IMG/VR virus record: IMGVR_UViG_3300028840_001431
Span: 1-62,650 of that record
DNA length: 62,650 nt
From: a virus
Lineage: Duplodnaviria; Caudoviricetes
Strand: one strand, 5' to 3'
How positions within the stretch are numbered: position 1 is the first letter of the stretch; each line of letters begins with the position of its first letter. The position numbers were made by a program, and so were the translations under genes. Shown here piece by piece: positions 55,776 through 62,650 of the stretch. The notes under the pieces were generated by a model that was not told the origin of the DNA, searched no databases, and saw nothing but the letters and a program-made list of their open reading frames with translations.

Positions 55776-55957
55776 TGTTCGGAATAGGAGTCCCTGAGTT
55801 ATCGATCATCCTGATTATCGTGATAATCCTTTTTGGGGCCAAAAGGATTCCGCAAATCGGGAAGGATCTCGGCAAGGGTCTGAAAGAGATGAGGAAAGTA
55901 GGAAAGGAACTCAGGCCCGAATGGAAGGACGATGACGATGAAACCAGACCTAGTTGA
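55775..55957 (+). CDS. tatA: Twin-arginine translocase TatA/TatE subunit
   Basis: MFGIGVPELSIILIIVIILFGAKRIPQIGKDLGKGLKEMRK is the canonical TatA TM + FG hinge + amphipathic helix. Confidence 0.9.
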   Translation: MFGIGVPELSIILIIVIILFGAKRIPQIGKDLGKGLKEMRKVGKELRPEWKDDDDETRPS

Positions 55958-56408
55958 TTACGGTGAGGGATACCTCAGCTTTAAGAGGAAACCCACGTTT
56001 GATGAAGCCAAGGATGTGATGACCTTCATTGATTTTGAGGAGGAAAACCTTGCTTGGCATCATGGGGACCTCTTAAATGCCATCGATGATTATTTTGGTG
56101 AGGAAGCTTCTCAATTGGTGGGGCCGAAGCTTGCAAGGAAGGCGACCACCCGTAAGCATGTAGCCGGGAAATTCAAACCACCTCAAAGAATTCATACCCT
56201 TAGCTTCAGCCATCACCAAGAAGTGGCTCCAATTAAGAATATCGAGATGAGGCAGGAACTATTGAACTTGGCCGATGACAATGGGTGGAACGTCACTCAG
56301 TTGAGGGATGAAAAGAATAGGCGGCTTGGGAAGATCCCCAAAGCCAAAACGGTTGAATGCCCCGGCTGTCATTTGGTCTTTGACCCAAAGAAAATAGAGG
56401 GAGAATAA
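55932..56408 (+). CDS. LmbU-like/HTH DNA-binding protein, translationally coupled to the Tas gene
   Basis: WHHGDLL...LSFSHHQEVA...LLNLADDNGWNVTQLR; C-terminal CPGC; TAATG overlap at 56408. Confidence 0.55.
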   Translation: MTMKPDLVDYGEGYLSFKRKPTFDEAKDVMTFIDFEEENLAWHHGDLLNAIDDYFGEEASQLVGPKLARKATTRKHVAGKFKPPQRIHTLSFSHHQEVAPIKNIEMRQELLNLADDNGWNVTQLRDEKNRRLGKIPKAKTVECPGCHLVFDPKKIEGE

Positions 56409-57472
56409 TGCCTAAGCGGAAAGAGCCTTTGAGCGAAGAAGAGATTGCCGCTATTACATTAGAAACCAAACTGAAAACCGAGGTCATGTACGCAATCCAA
56501 AAGGCAAGGATTGCCGCCGATCTTAGGATTCAGGCCTTTGTCAGAGATAAGAGGATGACCGAAGTCAAGGCTAAGGCCCTGCATATGTGGCTAAGCGATA
56601 TGGCTTCGGGCATGGAAAAGCACGTCAACGGGGAGGTGAGGGTCCTCCTCAAGGACGTTCCGATCTATAACAGATGGCTTGTGAATGTTTACGGTGTGTC
56701 AACCGCCTTAAGCGGCTCCCTCATTGCCGGGATAGGCGATATATCGCGGTTTGAGAAGGCATCGAGTCTTTGGAAATATTGTGGGCTCGATGTCATCCAT
56801 TGGTGTGATACTTGCCATATGCCCGCCCCTCCCGATCTCAAGGTTACGACCGGGGACGTTTGCCCCATGTGTCGGAAGGGGGAATTCATTGGTGAGGCTC
56901 CCCGCCGAATGTCAGGTCAGAAGATCCATTGGAGCCCCTTTCTGAGGTCAACGGTCTATAAGATAACAGAAAGCATCGTCAGGGCCGTCAGGGCTCCCGA
57001 GAAGAACTTCTATCGCAAGCTTTACGAAGAGAGGAAGGCAAGACACCAAGAGGAGCACCCTGAGTGCCGAATCTGCTATAAATGCGGGGCTCCATTGGTT
57101 GAGCATGAGAGAGTGAGAGTCAAGAAGGTCAACAAGAAAACCGGGAAAGAGACTGAGGAATGGTACAAAAAGCAAGATGAATGCCCAACCAAGGGTTGCA
57201 AGGGCAATCATGGGGGCTCAACCCATCCCTTCAGGAAAACGAAAGCCGGAGATCCCCTTTACCGTTACAGCAAGGGCCACATCCATCGGATGGCTAAGCG
57301 GTACATGGGGAAGGTCTTTATGCTCCACCTTTGGCTTATTTGGAGGAGTATCGAGGGTTTACCGATCAGCGGGCCATGGATTATCGAGCATGGTGGGCAT
57401 ATTCATTTCACTCAGCCGCCGCATTGGGAGCCTTTTGACATTGGTAAAAGTGGGGAGGTGGTAACACCCTGA
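56408..57472 (+). CDS. TIGR-associated Tas-like protein (Nop/IS110 C-terminal fold, no RuvC/HNH = TasA-like) with two Zn-finger insertions
   Basis: Coiled-coil N-terminus (IQKARIAADLRI); WLVNVYGVSTALSGSLIAGIGDISRFEKASSLWKYCGL; APRRMSGQKIHWSPFLR; FYRKLYEERKAR; GHIHRMAKRYMGKVFMLHLWLIWRSIEGLP; inserts CDTC..CPMC and CYKC..CPTKGC. Confidence 0.8.
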   Translation: MPKRKEPLSEEEIAAITLETKLKTEVMYAIQKARIAADLRIQAFVRDKRMTEVKAKALHMWLSDMASGMEKHVNGEVRVLLKDVPIYNRWLVNVYGVSTALSGSLIAGIGDISRFEKASSLWKYCGLDVIHWCDTCHMPAPPDLKVTTGDVCPMCRKGEFIGEAPRRMSGQKIHWSPFLRSTVYKITESIVRAVRAPEKNFYRKLYEERKARHQEEHPECRICYKCGAPLVEHERVRVKKVNKKTGKETEEWYKKQDECPTKGCKGNHGGSTHPFRKTKAGDPLYRYSKGHIHRMAKRYMGKVFMLHLWLIWRSIEGLPISGPWIIEHGGHIHFTQPPHWEPFDIGKSGEVVTP

Positions 57473-57539
57473 TATGCTTATATAACATATTAAACCGTAT
57501 TGACAAAGGGGTTGAAATCTGATATGGAGGTCAGGACAA

Positions 57540-57977
57540 TTGAGGAAGTTTCACTATCAGAAGAACGGGAAAATCATTAGAGTTGCGTCGGATTGTCCTT
57601 ATAGGTGGAAACAATGCCCTAAAATCAGATGCTCACAACATATAATTTGGTGTAGATGGAAACCGGGAGATTTGATTTCCCTACCTGAGCGGATAATCTT
57701 CCATCACCTCAATAGCTTGGACGTTCATTGCTATCTTGATTGGATAGATGAGCCTCACACCTTAGAGGAGATCGGGAAGGTTTTCCATTTGACCCGAGAA
57801 CGTGTTAGGCAGATTCAAGACAAGACGATCAGAGTAGTCAAAACGAGGGTCCGGGCAAAGGTTTGGAGGAATGGCAAGCTCATGGAGAAGTACCCCGTCA
57901 AGGACTTCGTTCGTAAGAGGCTTAACATTCCTGAACCGCAATATGCTCATCAGCGTGTGAGCGAAGATTATGCCTAG
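57540..57977 (+). CDS. Sigma70 region-4 HTH protein
   Basis: PHTLEEIGKVFHLTRERVRQIQDKTIR. Confidence 0.7.
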   Translation: MRKFHYQKNGKIIRVASDCPYRWKQCPKIRCSQHIIWCRWKPGDLISLPERIIFHHLNSLDVHCYLDWIDEPHTLEEIGKVFHLTRERVRQIQDKTIRVVKTRVRAKVWRNGKLMEKYPVKDFVRKRLNIPEPQYAHQRVSEDYA

Positions 57978-58003
57978 ACCTTTTGCCCTTAGAGGTACAC
58001 GTC

Positions 58004-58375
58004 ATGTCAAACATCAATACTCCGTTTATCATAGGCCCCGGCGGGGAGATTCCACCTCTCCTCACGGGGCTTTTTTCGTCTAACCCCATGACAATAGATG
58101 AGTTCCATAGGAACCTTGCCGTGGTGATACTGGAAGGATACCCGATATCGGAGTTATCCAAGAGATCACCCGCGTATGATTATCGAAGGCTTTGGATTGT
58201 CCTTCAGGCCTTTTGCATGAATACCCTCCCCGGCCACTACCGACAAGCTCATCGAATGACAATCGAGAAATATTGCAGAGTCAACCCCGAAACCCGAGAG
58301 ATTGGGTATCAACCGGGATGGGCGGCGTTGGAGTTCCTGAGGGAGTTTAAGGATGATTTCATAGCCAATTCTTAG
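58004..58375 (+). CDS. Hypothetical protein
   Basis: GAGGT RBS; TAG stop in the edge-like motif TTAGTCC. Confidence 0.55.
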   Translation: MSNINTPFIIGPGGEIPPLLTGLFSSNPMTIDEFHRNLAVVILEGYPISELSKRSPAYDYRRLWIVLQAFCMNTLPGHYRQAHRMTIEKYCRVNPETREIGYQPGWAALEFLREFKDDFIANS

Positions 58376-58414
58376 TCCCGAGGATGTGAAACCCTTTGAA
58401 ATGATACGAGGAGG
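58372..58414 (+). repeat. Solitary TIGR-like unit
   Basis: TTAGTCC-CGAGGATG(8)-TGAAACCCT(58387)-TTGAAATGAT(10)-ACGAGGAGG (RBS). Confidence 0.5.
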
Positions 58415-58418
58415 TCAG

Positions 58419-58610
58419 ATGGAAGGTAAAGTGACCGGATGTTTTCCGGGTATGCAAGTCATGATTGAAGGGCAATGGTATCAAGTCACAGATGTCAGGA
58501 AGCATGGTCGGACGGTCAGGATGAAAAGGATATCTGAACCGCCTCAAGTGAAGAAGAAAAGGAAAGAGTTTGAAAGCCAAATTGACCCTAATATGCCGAG
58601 GATAACATGA
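58419..58610 (+). CDS. Small SH3-like hypothetical protein
   Basis: GAGGAGG RBS before ATG 58419. Confidence 0.55.
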   Translation: MEGKVTGCFPGMQVMIEGQWYQVTDVRKHGRTVRMKRISEPPQVKKKRKEFESQIDPNMPRIT

Positions 58611-58843
58611 CATATATGTTCAGCAATTACTTAGCGATCATTACTGATTGGATAGAGGGTCCTGATGACCCTGTAATCATTGAAACATTAGCCGACCTAG
58701 GGGTAACGTGGGATGAGGTTGCATTATTGAGGATGGGTGAGGAGGATGACCCCTTGACCATGAAAACCATGGTCTTTAGGCGGGAGGTCCTTGATGGACA
58801 CATCGAACGACAAAGAGAGATTTTGGGAATGCCCGCGTTGTGA
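58607..58843 (+). CDS. Hypothetical protein
   Basis: ATGA coupling. Confidence 0.5.
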   Translation: MTYMFSNYLAIITDWIEGPDDPVIIETLADLGVTWDEVALLRMGEEDDPLTMKTMVFRREVLDGHIERQREILGMPAL

Positions 58844-58937
58844 AAACCCGATATCGGTTGGAAGCAACCAATGTGAGAATTGCGGGTTTGTAGATGAGGA
58901 AGGTGAGTTCTCTCATGAGTCAGAAATTGAAAGCTGA
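58794..58937 (+). CDS. 47-aa zinc-ribbon protein
   Basis: GGGAGG RBS; MDTSNDKERFWECPRCENPISVGSNQCENCGF... Confidence 0.5.
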   Translation: MDTSNDKERFWECPRCENPISVGSNQCENCGFVDEEGEFSHESEIES

Positions 58938-59130
58938 AAGACCGGATTGGTGGCCTGAAAACCCGTGGCCTGATGATATCTTTCCGATGACGTTGGAGGA
59001 GTATGTTGAAGCCATACCGGACCCCCACCTCAGATCTGCGATCAGCGGCAATCTTGCACGGTGGGCATTTGAGGTCACGTCCGACATGATACTAAAAACC
59101 CTAAAGGACAGAGGATACGAAATCGAATGA
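58894..59130 (+). CDS. Hypothetical protein
   Basis: WWPENPWPDDIFP motif. Confidence 0.5.
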   Translation: MRKVSSLMSQKLKAERPDWWPENPWPDDIFPMTLEEYVEAIPDPHLRSAISGNLARWAFEVTSDMILKTLKDRGYEIE

Positions 59131-59471
59131 AGAGAACCTTGACAGTAGCAATTGGGATACTCTTTGGATCTATTGCTATGCTCGTTTGGCAAGACGTTGA
59201 GAACATGAAAGCGATAGAAGCCCTTGAGGACAGGCTCAAAAAAGCTGAGCTTCACAATGAATACCAATGGGAAACCTTGACCCATGTACTTGAGAAGGAG
59301 TGGAAGGAGATAAGCCCCGGCCAAGGGGTTGAGATCGAATTCATCATTGATGACACGTTTAAGGGGGCTCCAACATGGAAATATAAGGTTATGCCGTTCC
59401 CGGAAGGGTCGGTTATACCCATGGAGGATATCAAGGAAACGGATGCCGCCATTCAGAGGCCAAAAAGATGA
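59127..59471 (+). CDS. Membrane-anchored hypothetical protein
   Basis: N-terminal TM; ATGA coupling. Confidence 0.55.
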   Translation: MKRTLTVAIGILFGSIAMLVWQDVENMKAIEALEDRLKKAELHNEYQWETLTHVLEKEWKEISPGQGVEIEFIIDDTFKGAPTWKYKVMPFPEGSVIPMEDIKETDAAIQRPKR

Positions 59472-59959
59472 AGGGTAAACTATGCATTGCAATCATTGCG
59501 TTGATCCTCGTTGCGATATGGGGACCGATATCGGGAGAATGTAGCGATAACCCCAAAGTTCAGCGGTTCAACGTGTTTCTCTGCAATTGGAAAGAGGCTA
59601 AGGAGATCTATACGGCCTCAGAATATGAAAGCCTCATAGGCCTTACCCCATTCGTTGGGTGGTTGAATGCCTTGGAGGACTATCGCATTCTCGATATCTT
59701 TGAGCACCCCGGCCTTGGGACTTGCGTTCGGGTCTACTTGGTCGAGTACACGGCTTTGAAGGGAGTCAAGGGCGGCGGGAGGTTCAAGGTAGAGAAAGAG
59801 CCCGTGGACCATTGGAGGATGAAAGCAAACGGGAACGCATGGGAGATCTATTATCACGGCAAGCGTTTTCTTCTCCTGCTTAGGGATGAAGATATTCCAG
59901 AAGAGATGTATGATAACTTCGTGATATTCTTGGTCAATACCTTGAATGGAGTGCAATGA
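59468..59959 (+). CDS. Secreted/membrane hypothetical protein
   Basis: N-terminal hydrophobic signal; ATGA coupling. Confidence 0.55.
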   Translation: MKGKLCIAIIALILVAIWGPISGECSDNPKVQRFNVFLCNWKEAKEIYTASEYESLIGLTPFVGWLNALEDYRILDIFEHPGLGTCVRVYLVEYTALKGVKGGGRFKVEKEPVDHWRMKANGNAWEIYYHGKRFLLLLRDEDIPEEMYDNFVIFLVNTLNGVQ

Positions 59960-60234
59960 TGCCAAATAAAGAAAAGAAACTTGAGCCATATGACAATGAT
60001 GACCGGGATTGGGAACGGTTGGCTTGCATGAAGGGCTGTATATTCTATGAGCCGGGAGCAAGTCACCATAATGCTCCGCACGGTGATTGCCACTATAAGA
60101 GATCGGGCCGGAGAGTCTCGGGGTATTATTGGTGTCGTCATCATAGCCTTTTCCCAATATGGAAGTGGAGGAGTTCGGAACTACAAACGCTCAAATATGA
60201 GGATGAGCTTGTTGCTGTGAGGAAGTATAAGTGA
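59956..60234 (+). CDS. Cys/His-containing hypothetical protein
   Basis: CKGC-like...GDC...YWCRHH. Confidence 0.5.
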   Translation: MMPNKEKKLEPYDNDDRDWERLACMKGCIFYEPGASHHNAPHGDCHYKRSGRRVSGYYWCRHHSLFPIWKWRSSELQTLKYEDELVAVRKYK

Positions 60235-60620
60235 GCGTTTACAATGATATGGCAAATGACGCGGGATACCCATTCGGGACCGATGAGAATGAGCAGATGG
60301 CCGCGTTGATTCAATCCAATGAAATGGAGGAATATCACCGAGCTATGGAAGAGCAAGAACGAAGAGAGATAATCAGCAAGGCATTCGATGAGGTTTTGAT
60401 GGAGCTTGGGCGGGCAACAAAGAAGTTCGGGCCTATGGCCTCTCCTCATGAGGGATATGCTGTCATCAAGGAAGAGCTTGATGAGCTTTGGGATGAGATC
60501 AAGAAGAAGATCAGCATTGTAAACACCGAGGATGAGCGGCGAACTAAGATGAGGAAGGAAGCTATTCAAGTCGCGGCAATGGGGTTGAGATTCATTATCG
60601 ACCTTGGGGGTGCGGAATGA
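60231..60620 (+). CDS. MazG-like nucleotide pyrophosphohydrolase domain protein
   Basis: SPHEGYAVIKEELDELWDEIK...KEAIQVAAMGLRFI (all-alpha NTP-PPase pattern). Confidence 0.6.
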   Translation: MSVYNDMANDAGYPFGTDENEQMAALIQSNEMEEYHRAMEEQERREIISKAFDEVLMELGRATKKFGPMASPHEGYAVIKEELDELWDEIKKKISIVNTEDERRTKMRKEAIQVAAMGLRFIIDLGGAE

Positions 60621-60919
60621 GCGACAAATACGTGACGTTATTGGGGGCTGAGGACGTTCAATGTGCTGGTCATCGGATAGCACAAGCGGCTGATGCTATG
60701 CAAAGGGCGGCTTCTCAGCTTGAAGATACCTTCCATCGTCAGAGGATATTCCTTGATGATTGGTTGATGAGGTTTGAAGCGGCCATGAAATCACCCGAGT
60801 CCTGCAACCATAGGGACACCATCTCAATCAATAAGTGGTTGGGCAAGAGGAATTTCCTCCTGCGATGTAACAATTGCGGGGCCATGAGGGATGATCATGG
60901 GGTTTGGGAGAGGTTGTGA
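60617..60919 (+). CDS. Hypothetical protein
   Basis: ATGA coupling. Confidence 0.55.
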   Translation: MSDKYVTLLGAEDVQCAGHRIAQAADAMQRAASQLEDTFHRQRIFLDDWLMRFEAAMKSPESCNHRDTISINKWLGKRNFLLRCNNCGAMRDDHGVWERL

Positions 60920-61605
60920 TGGGCAAGAAAAGCGGTAGAGATGGGCCTGATCCGGGAGAGGGGGGAAGGCCAACAAAGTATAATCCCGAGCTTCATGATT
61001 GGGTTGCTTACAATTGTGCTGTCAACTATGGGCTAAATGCCCCAAAACACGTACAAAAACAGATAGGTATCTCACGTCCCACGTTTTACACTTGGTTAAG
61101 GGAGCATGAGACTTTCTTTACAATGTATTGGCAGGGCATTGATGACAATGCTAATCCGAGGATAGTGCGGTCAGTTCTCAAGGAAGCTGAGGGGTACGAT
61201 TACAACGAAATCACTTGGGAAAGGATACCCGTTGGGGATGATGGCAAGCCTCTGTTTGAGGCTAAGCCTCAGTTCTTTGGGAAGTATAAGATCCCGGCCC
61301 GTGATGGGATGATTGCCACTAAGGTAGTGAGGAAGAGGGCTAGGCCAAATGGACGACTTGCAGAGTTCTGGCTCAGGAACAGGGATAAGCGACGATTTGC
61401 AGATGTTAAACAACTCGGGGTTGGTGGACCTGATGGGGGTGCAATCCCTATTGAGGTTGCTCCGGGATCAGAATTATGGGAAGCCCTTCAAGAGTTTACT
61501 AAGGCAATTAGAGGTGGAGGGGAATCTCAGCCGGGAAGCAGTCAAGGAAGCCCTAAGGTGGTTGTGTCTGAACGACCTTTACTTCCTGAGCAAGTTCCTT
61601 CTTAA
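60919..61605 (+). CDS. terS: Terminase small subunit
   Basis: GGRPTKYNPE...GISRPTFYTWLREHETF...AEFWLRNRD...GGPDGGAIPI; precedes terL. Confidence 0.8.
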   Translation: MGKKSGRDGPDPGEGGRPTKYNPELHDWVAYNCAVNYGLNAPKHVQKQIGISRPTFYTWLREHETFFTMYWQGIDDNANPRIVRSVLKEAEGYDYNEITWERIPVGDDGKPLFEAKPQFFGKYKIPARDGMIATKVVRKRARPNGRLAEFWLRNRDKRRFADVKQLGVGGPDGGAIPIEVAPGSELWEALQEFTKAIRGGGESQPGSSQGSPKVVVSERPLLPEQVPS

Positions 61606-62650
61606 TTTCTGGTGGTTAGAGTGGAAGCCTCACAAGGAATTCTGTGATGAGATCCAAAAGAATGAGCACCTTTCTCTTTACCTTCTCCCTAGAGGGCATT
61701 GTAAGACAATCTTGTTCAGCATTGCCGATTCTATCCGGCAAGTTTTTATTGATCCCGTCCCCGTCATTGGGATTGGTTCTGATTCCAGTAAGCGGGCTAG
61801 AAAGCGGATCAGGGTTATCCGTTTCCATTGTACCTCCAACAAGCATCTTCGGCTTCTATTCAATGACAAGGTTTGGGAAAACCCGGAAGCTCAGTCCCCT
61901 AAATGGACTTCAGAGGAATTGATCTTCCCCGGCCATGATGGCCGTCAGGAAGCTACGATCACGGCGTTCGGTGTCAACTCGATGCCGACCGGAAGCCATT
62001 TCCCCATTATCAAGTTCGATGACTTGGTTACGCCTGAAAACACCAATACCGAGGACCTGATTCGTCAAACCCGCGATGATTACGGTATGGTGAGATCCTC
62101 CATCCTTCAGCAAGAAGGAGCCAACCTTCAGATATGTGGGACAATTTATAATGATGCCGATCTTCACCGGGATATGGAGAGATCCGGGCAATATCGAATT
62201 TATAAGCGTCCCGCGATTGATCCCGAGTCAGGTGATTGCCTTTGGCCGGAACAGTTTAGTCATGAGGTCCTTGAGGCGATCAGACGTGATCCTTCGGTGG
62301 GTGAATACATCTTCTCATGCCAATATCTCCTTGATCCCGTCCCGAGTGAGGAGGATGCTTTCTTCAATCTGGTCAATTTCCCCGAGTATGAGGGTTGGCC
62401 ATCGTTCTTCTCGACCTATGCGGCCATTGATTTTGCCATCTCCGAAGAGGACGTTCAGCAAGCTAATGAAACGTGTATCGTTGTGGGTGGGGTCAACCTT
62501 GCGGAGAAGCATATCTCGATCTTGGACGTGAGAAAGGGCAAGTGGGCATCGGATAGGATTGCAGATGAGATGCTTGACGTTCAGTTAGAGTGGAACCCCA
62601 TTCTTTTCACGGCTGAACAGGGCCATATCAACAAGACCTTGGGACCTTTC
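61514..62650 (+). CDS. terL: Terminase large subunit, N-terminal ATPase part (continues through the junction into 1..429; ~473 aa total)
   Basis: Missing from the ORF track because it runs off the end. Read by hand from GTG 61514: MEGNLSREAVKEALRWLCLNDLYFLSKF...LLPRGHCKT (Walker A)...TGSHFPIIKFDDLV (Walker B)...YAAIDFA. Same frame as ORF 16..429; follows terS. Confidence 0.9.
   Translation, partial: MEGNLSREAVKEALRWLCLNDLYFLSKFLLNFWWLEWKPHKEFCDEIQKNEHLSLYLLPRGHCKTILFSIADSIRQVFIDPVPVIGIGSDSSKRARKRIRVIRFHCTSNKHLRLLFNDKVWENPEAQSPKWTSEELIFPGHDGRQEATITAFGVNSMPTGSHFPIIKFDDLVTPENTNTEDLIRQTRDDYGMVRSSILQQEGANLQICGTIYNDADLHRDMERSGQYRIYKRPAIDPESGDCLWPEQFSHEVLEAIRRDPSVGEYIFSCQYLLDPVPSEEDAFFNLVNFPEYEGWPSFFSTYAAIDFAISEEDVQQANETCIVVGGVNLAEKHISILDVRKGKWASDRIADEMLDVQLEWNPILFTAEQGHINKTLGPF
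62507..62650. repeat. 144-bp exact terminal direct repeat (copy 2)
   Basis: Identical to 1-144; implies a unit genome of 62,506 bp. Confidence 0.97.

Noticed and set aside
56408-57472. Active IS110/IS1111 insertion sequence
   Set aside because: No N-terminal DEDD RuvC domain, no non-coding end long enough for a bridge RNA, and the gene is translationally coupled into a phage operon.
58841-58859. TGAAAACCCGATATCGGT, near-identical to 1710-1727, as another TIGR unit
   Set aside because: It lies inside a plausible zinc-ribbon ORF (58794-58937), has no correctly spaced edge motif, and a match this long is roughly expected by chance in 62 kb.
1-62650. tRNA/rRNA genes, integrase, DNA polymerase, reverse transcriptase/DGR
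   Set aside because: No cloverleaf, catalytic motifs or TR/VR repeat pair recognised by eye; tRNAscan and HMM searches would be needed to exclude them formally.

Overview
This window is a complete, circularly closed ~62.5-kb tailed-phage genome. Bases 1-144 repeat exactly at 62507-62650, and the terminase large subunit is split across that junction. It has a podovirus-like structural module (portal, acidic scaffold, N4-gp56-type major capsid, adaptor/tail proteins, a 5182-aa DarB-like polyvalent protein), a leftward recombination/helicase operon, a primase-helicase followed by an origin-like repeat tract, and many small accessory genes. The main finding is a probable RNA-guided TIGR-Tas-type system. 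A 12-unit, 36-nt-period dual-repeat/dual-spacer array lies at 2009-2440. A Nop/IS110-fold, nuclease-less (TasA-like) protein with two zinc-finger insertions lies ~7 kb away across the junction (56408-57472). Unusually, further single or double array units sit at accessory-gene boundaries (about 1729-1808, 2920-2961, 5082-5162, 54798-54838, 58372-58414), so the array appears broken up by cargo genes. Other oddities are a phage TatA plus two twin-arginine ORFs (one a truncated capsid paralog), Sec-type signal peptides on several structural-module proteins with no recognisable endolysin, and a TnpV-like gene nested out of frame inside the giant ORF. All protein calls are by-eye motif recognition; no searches were run.
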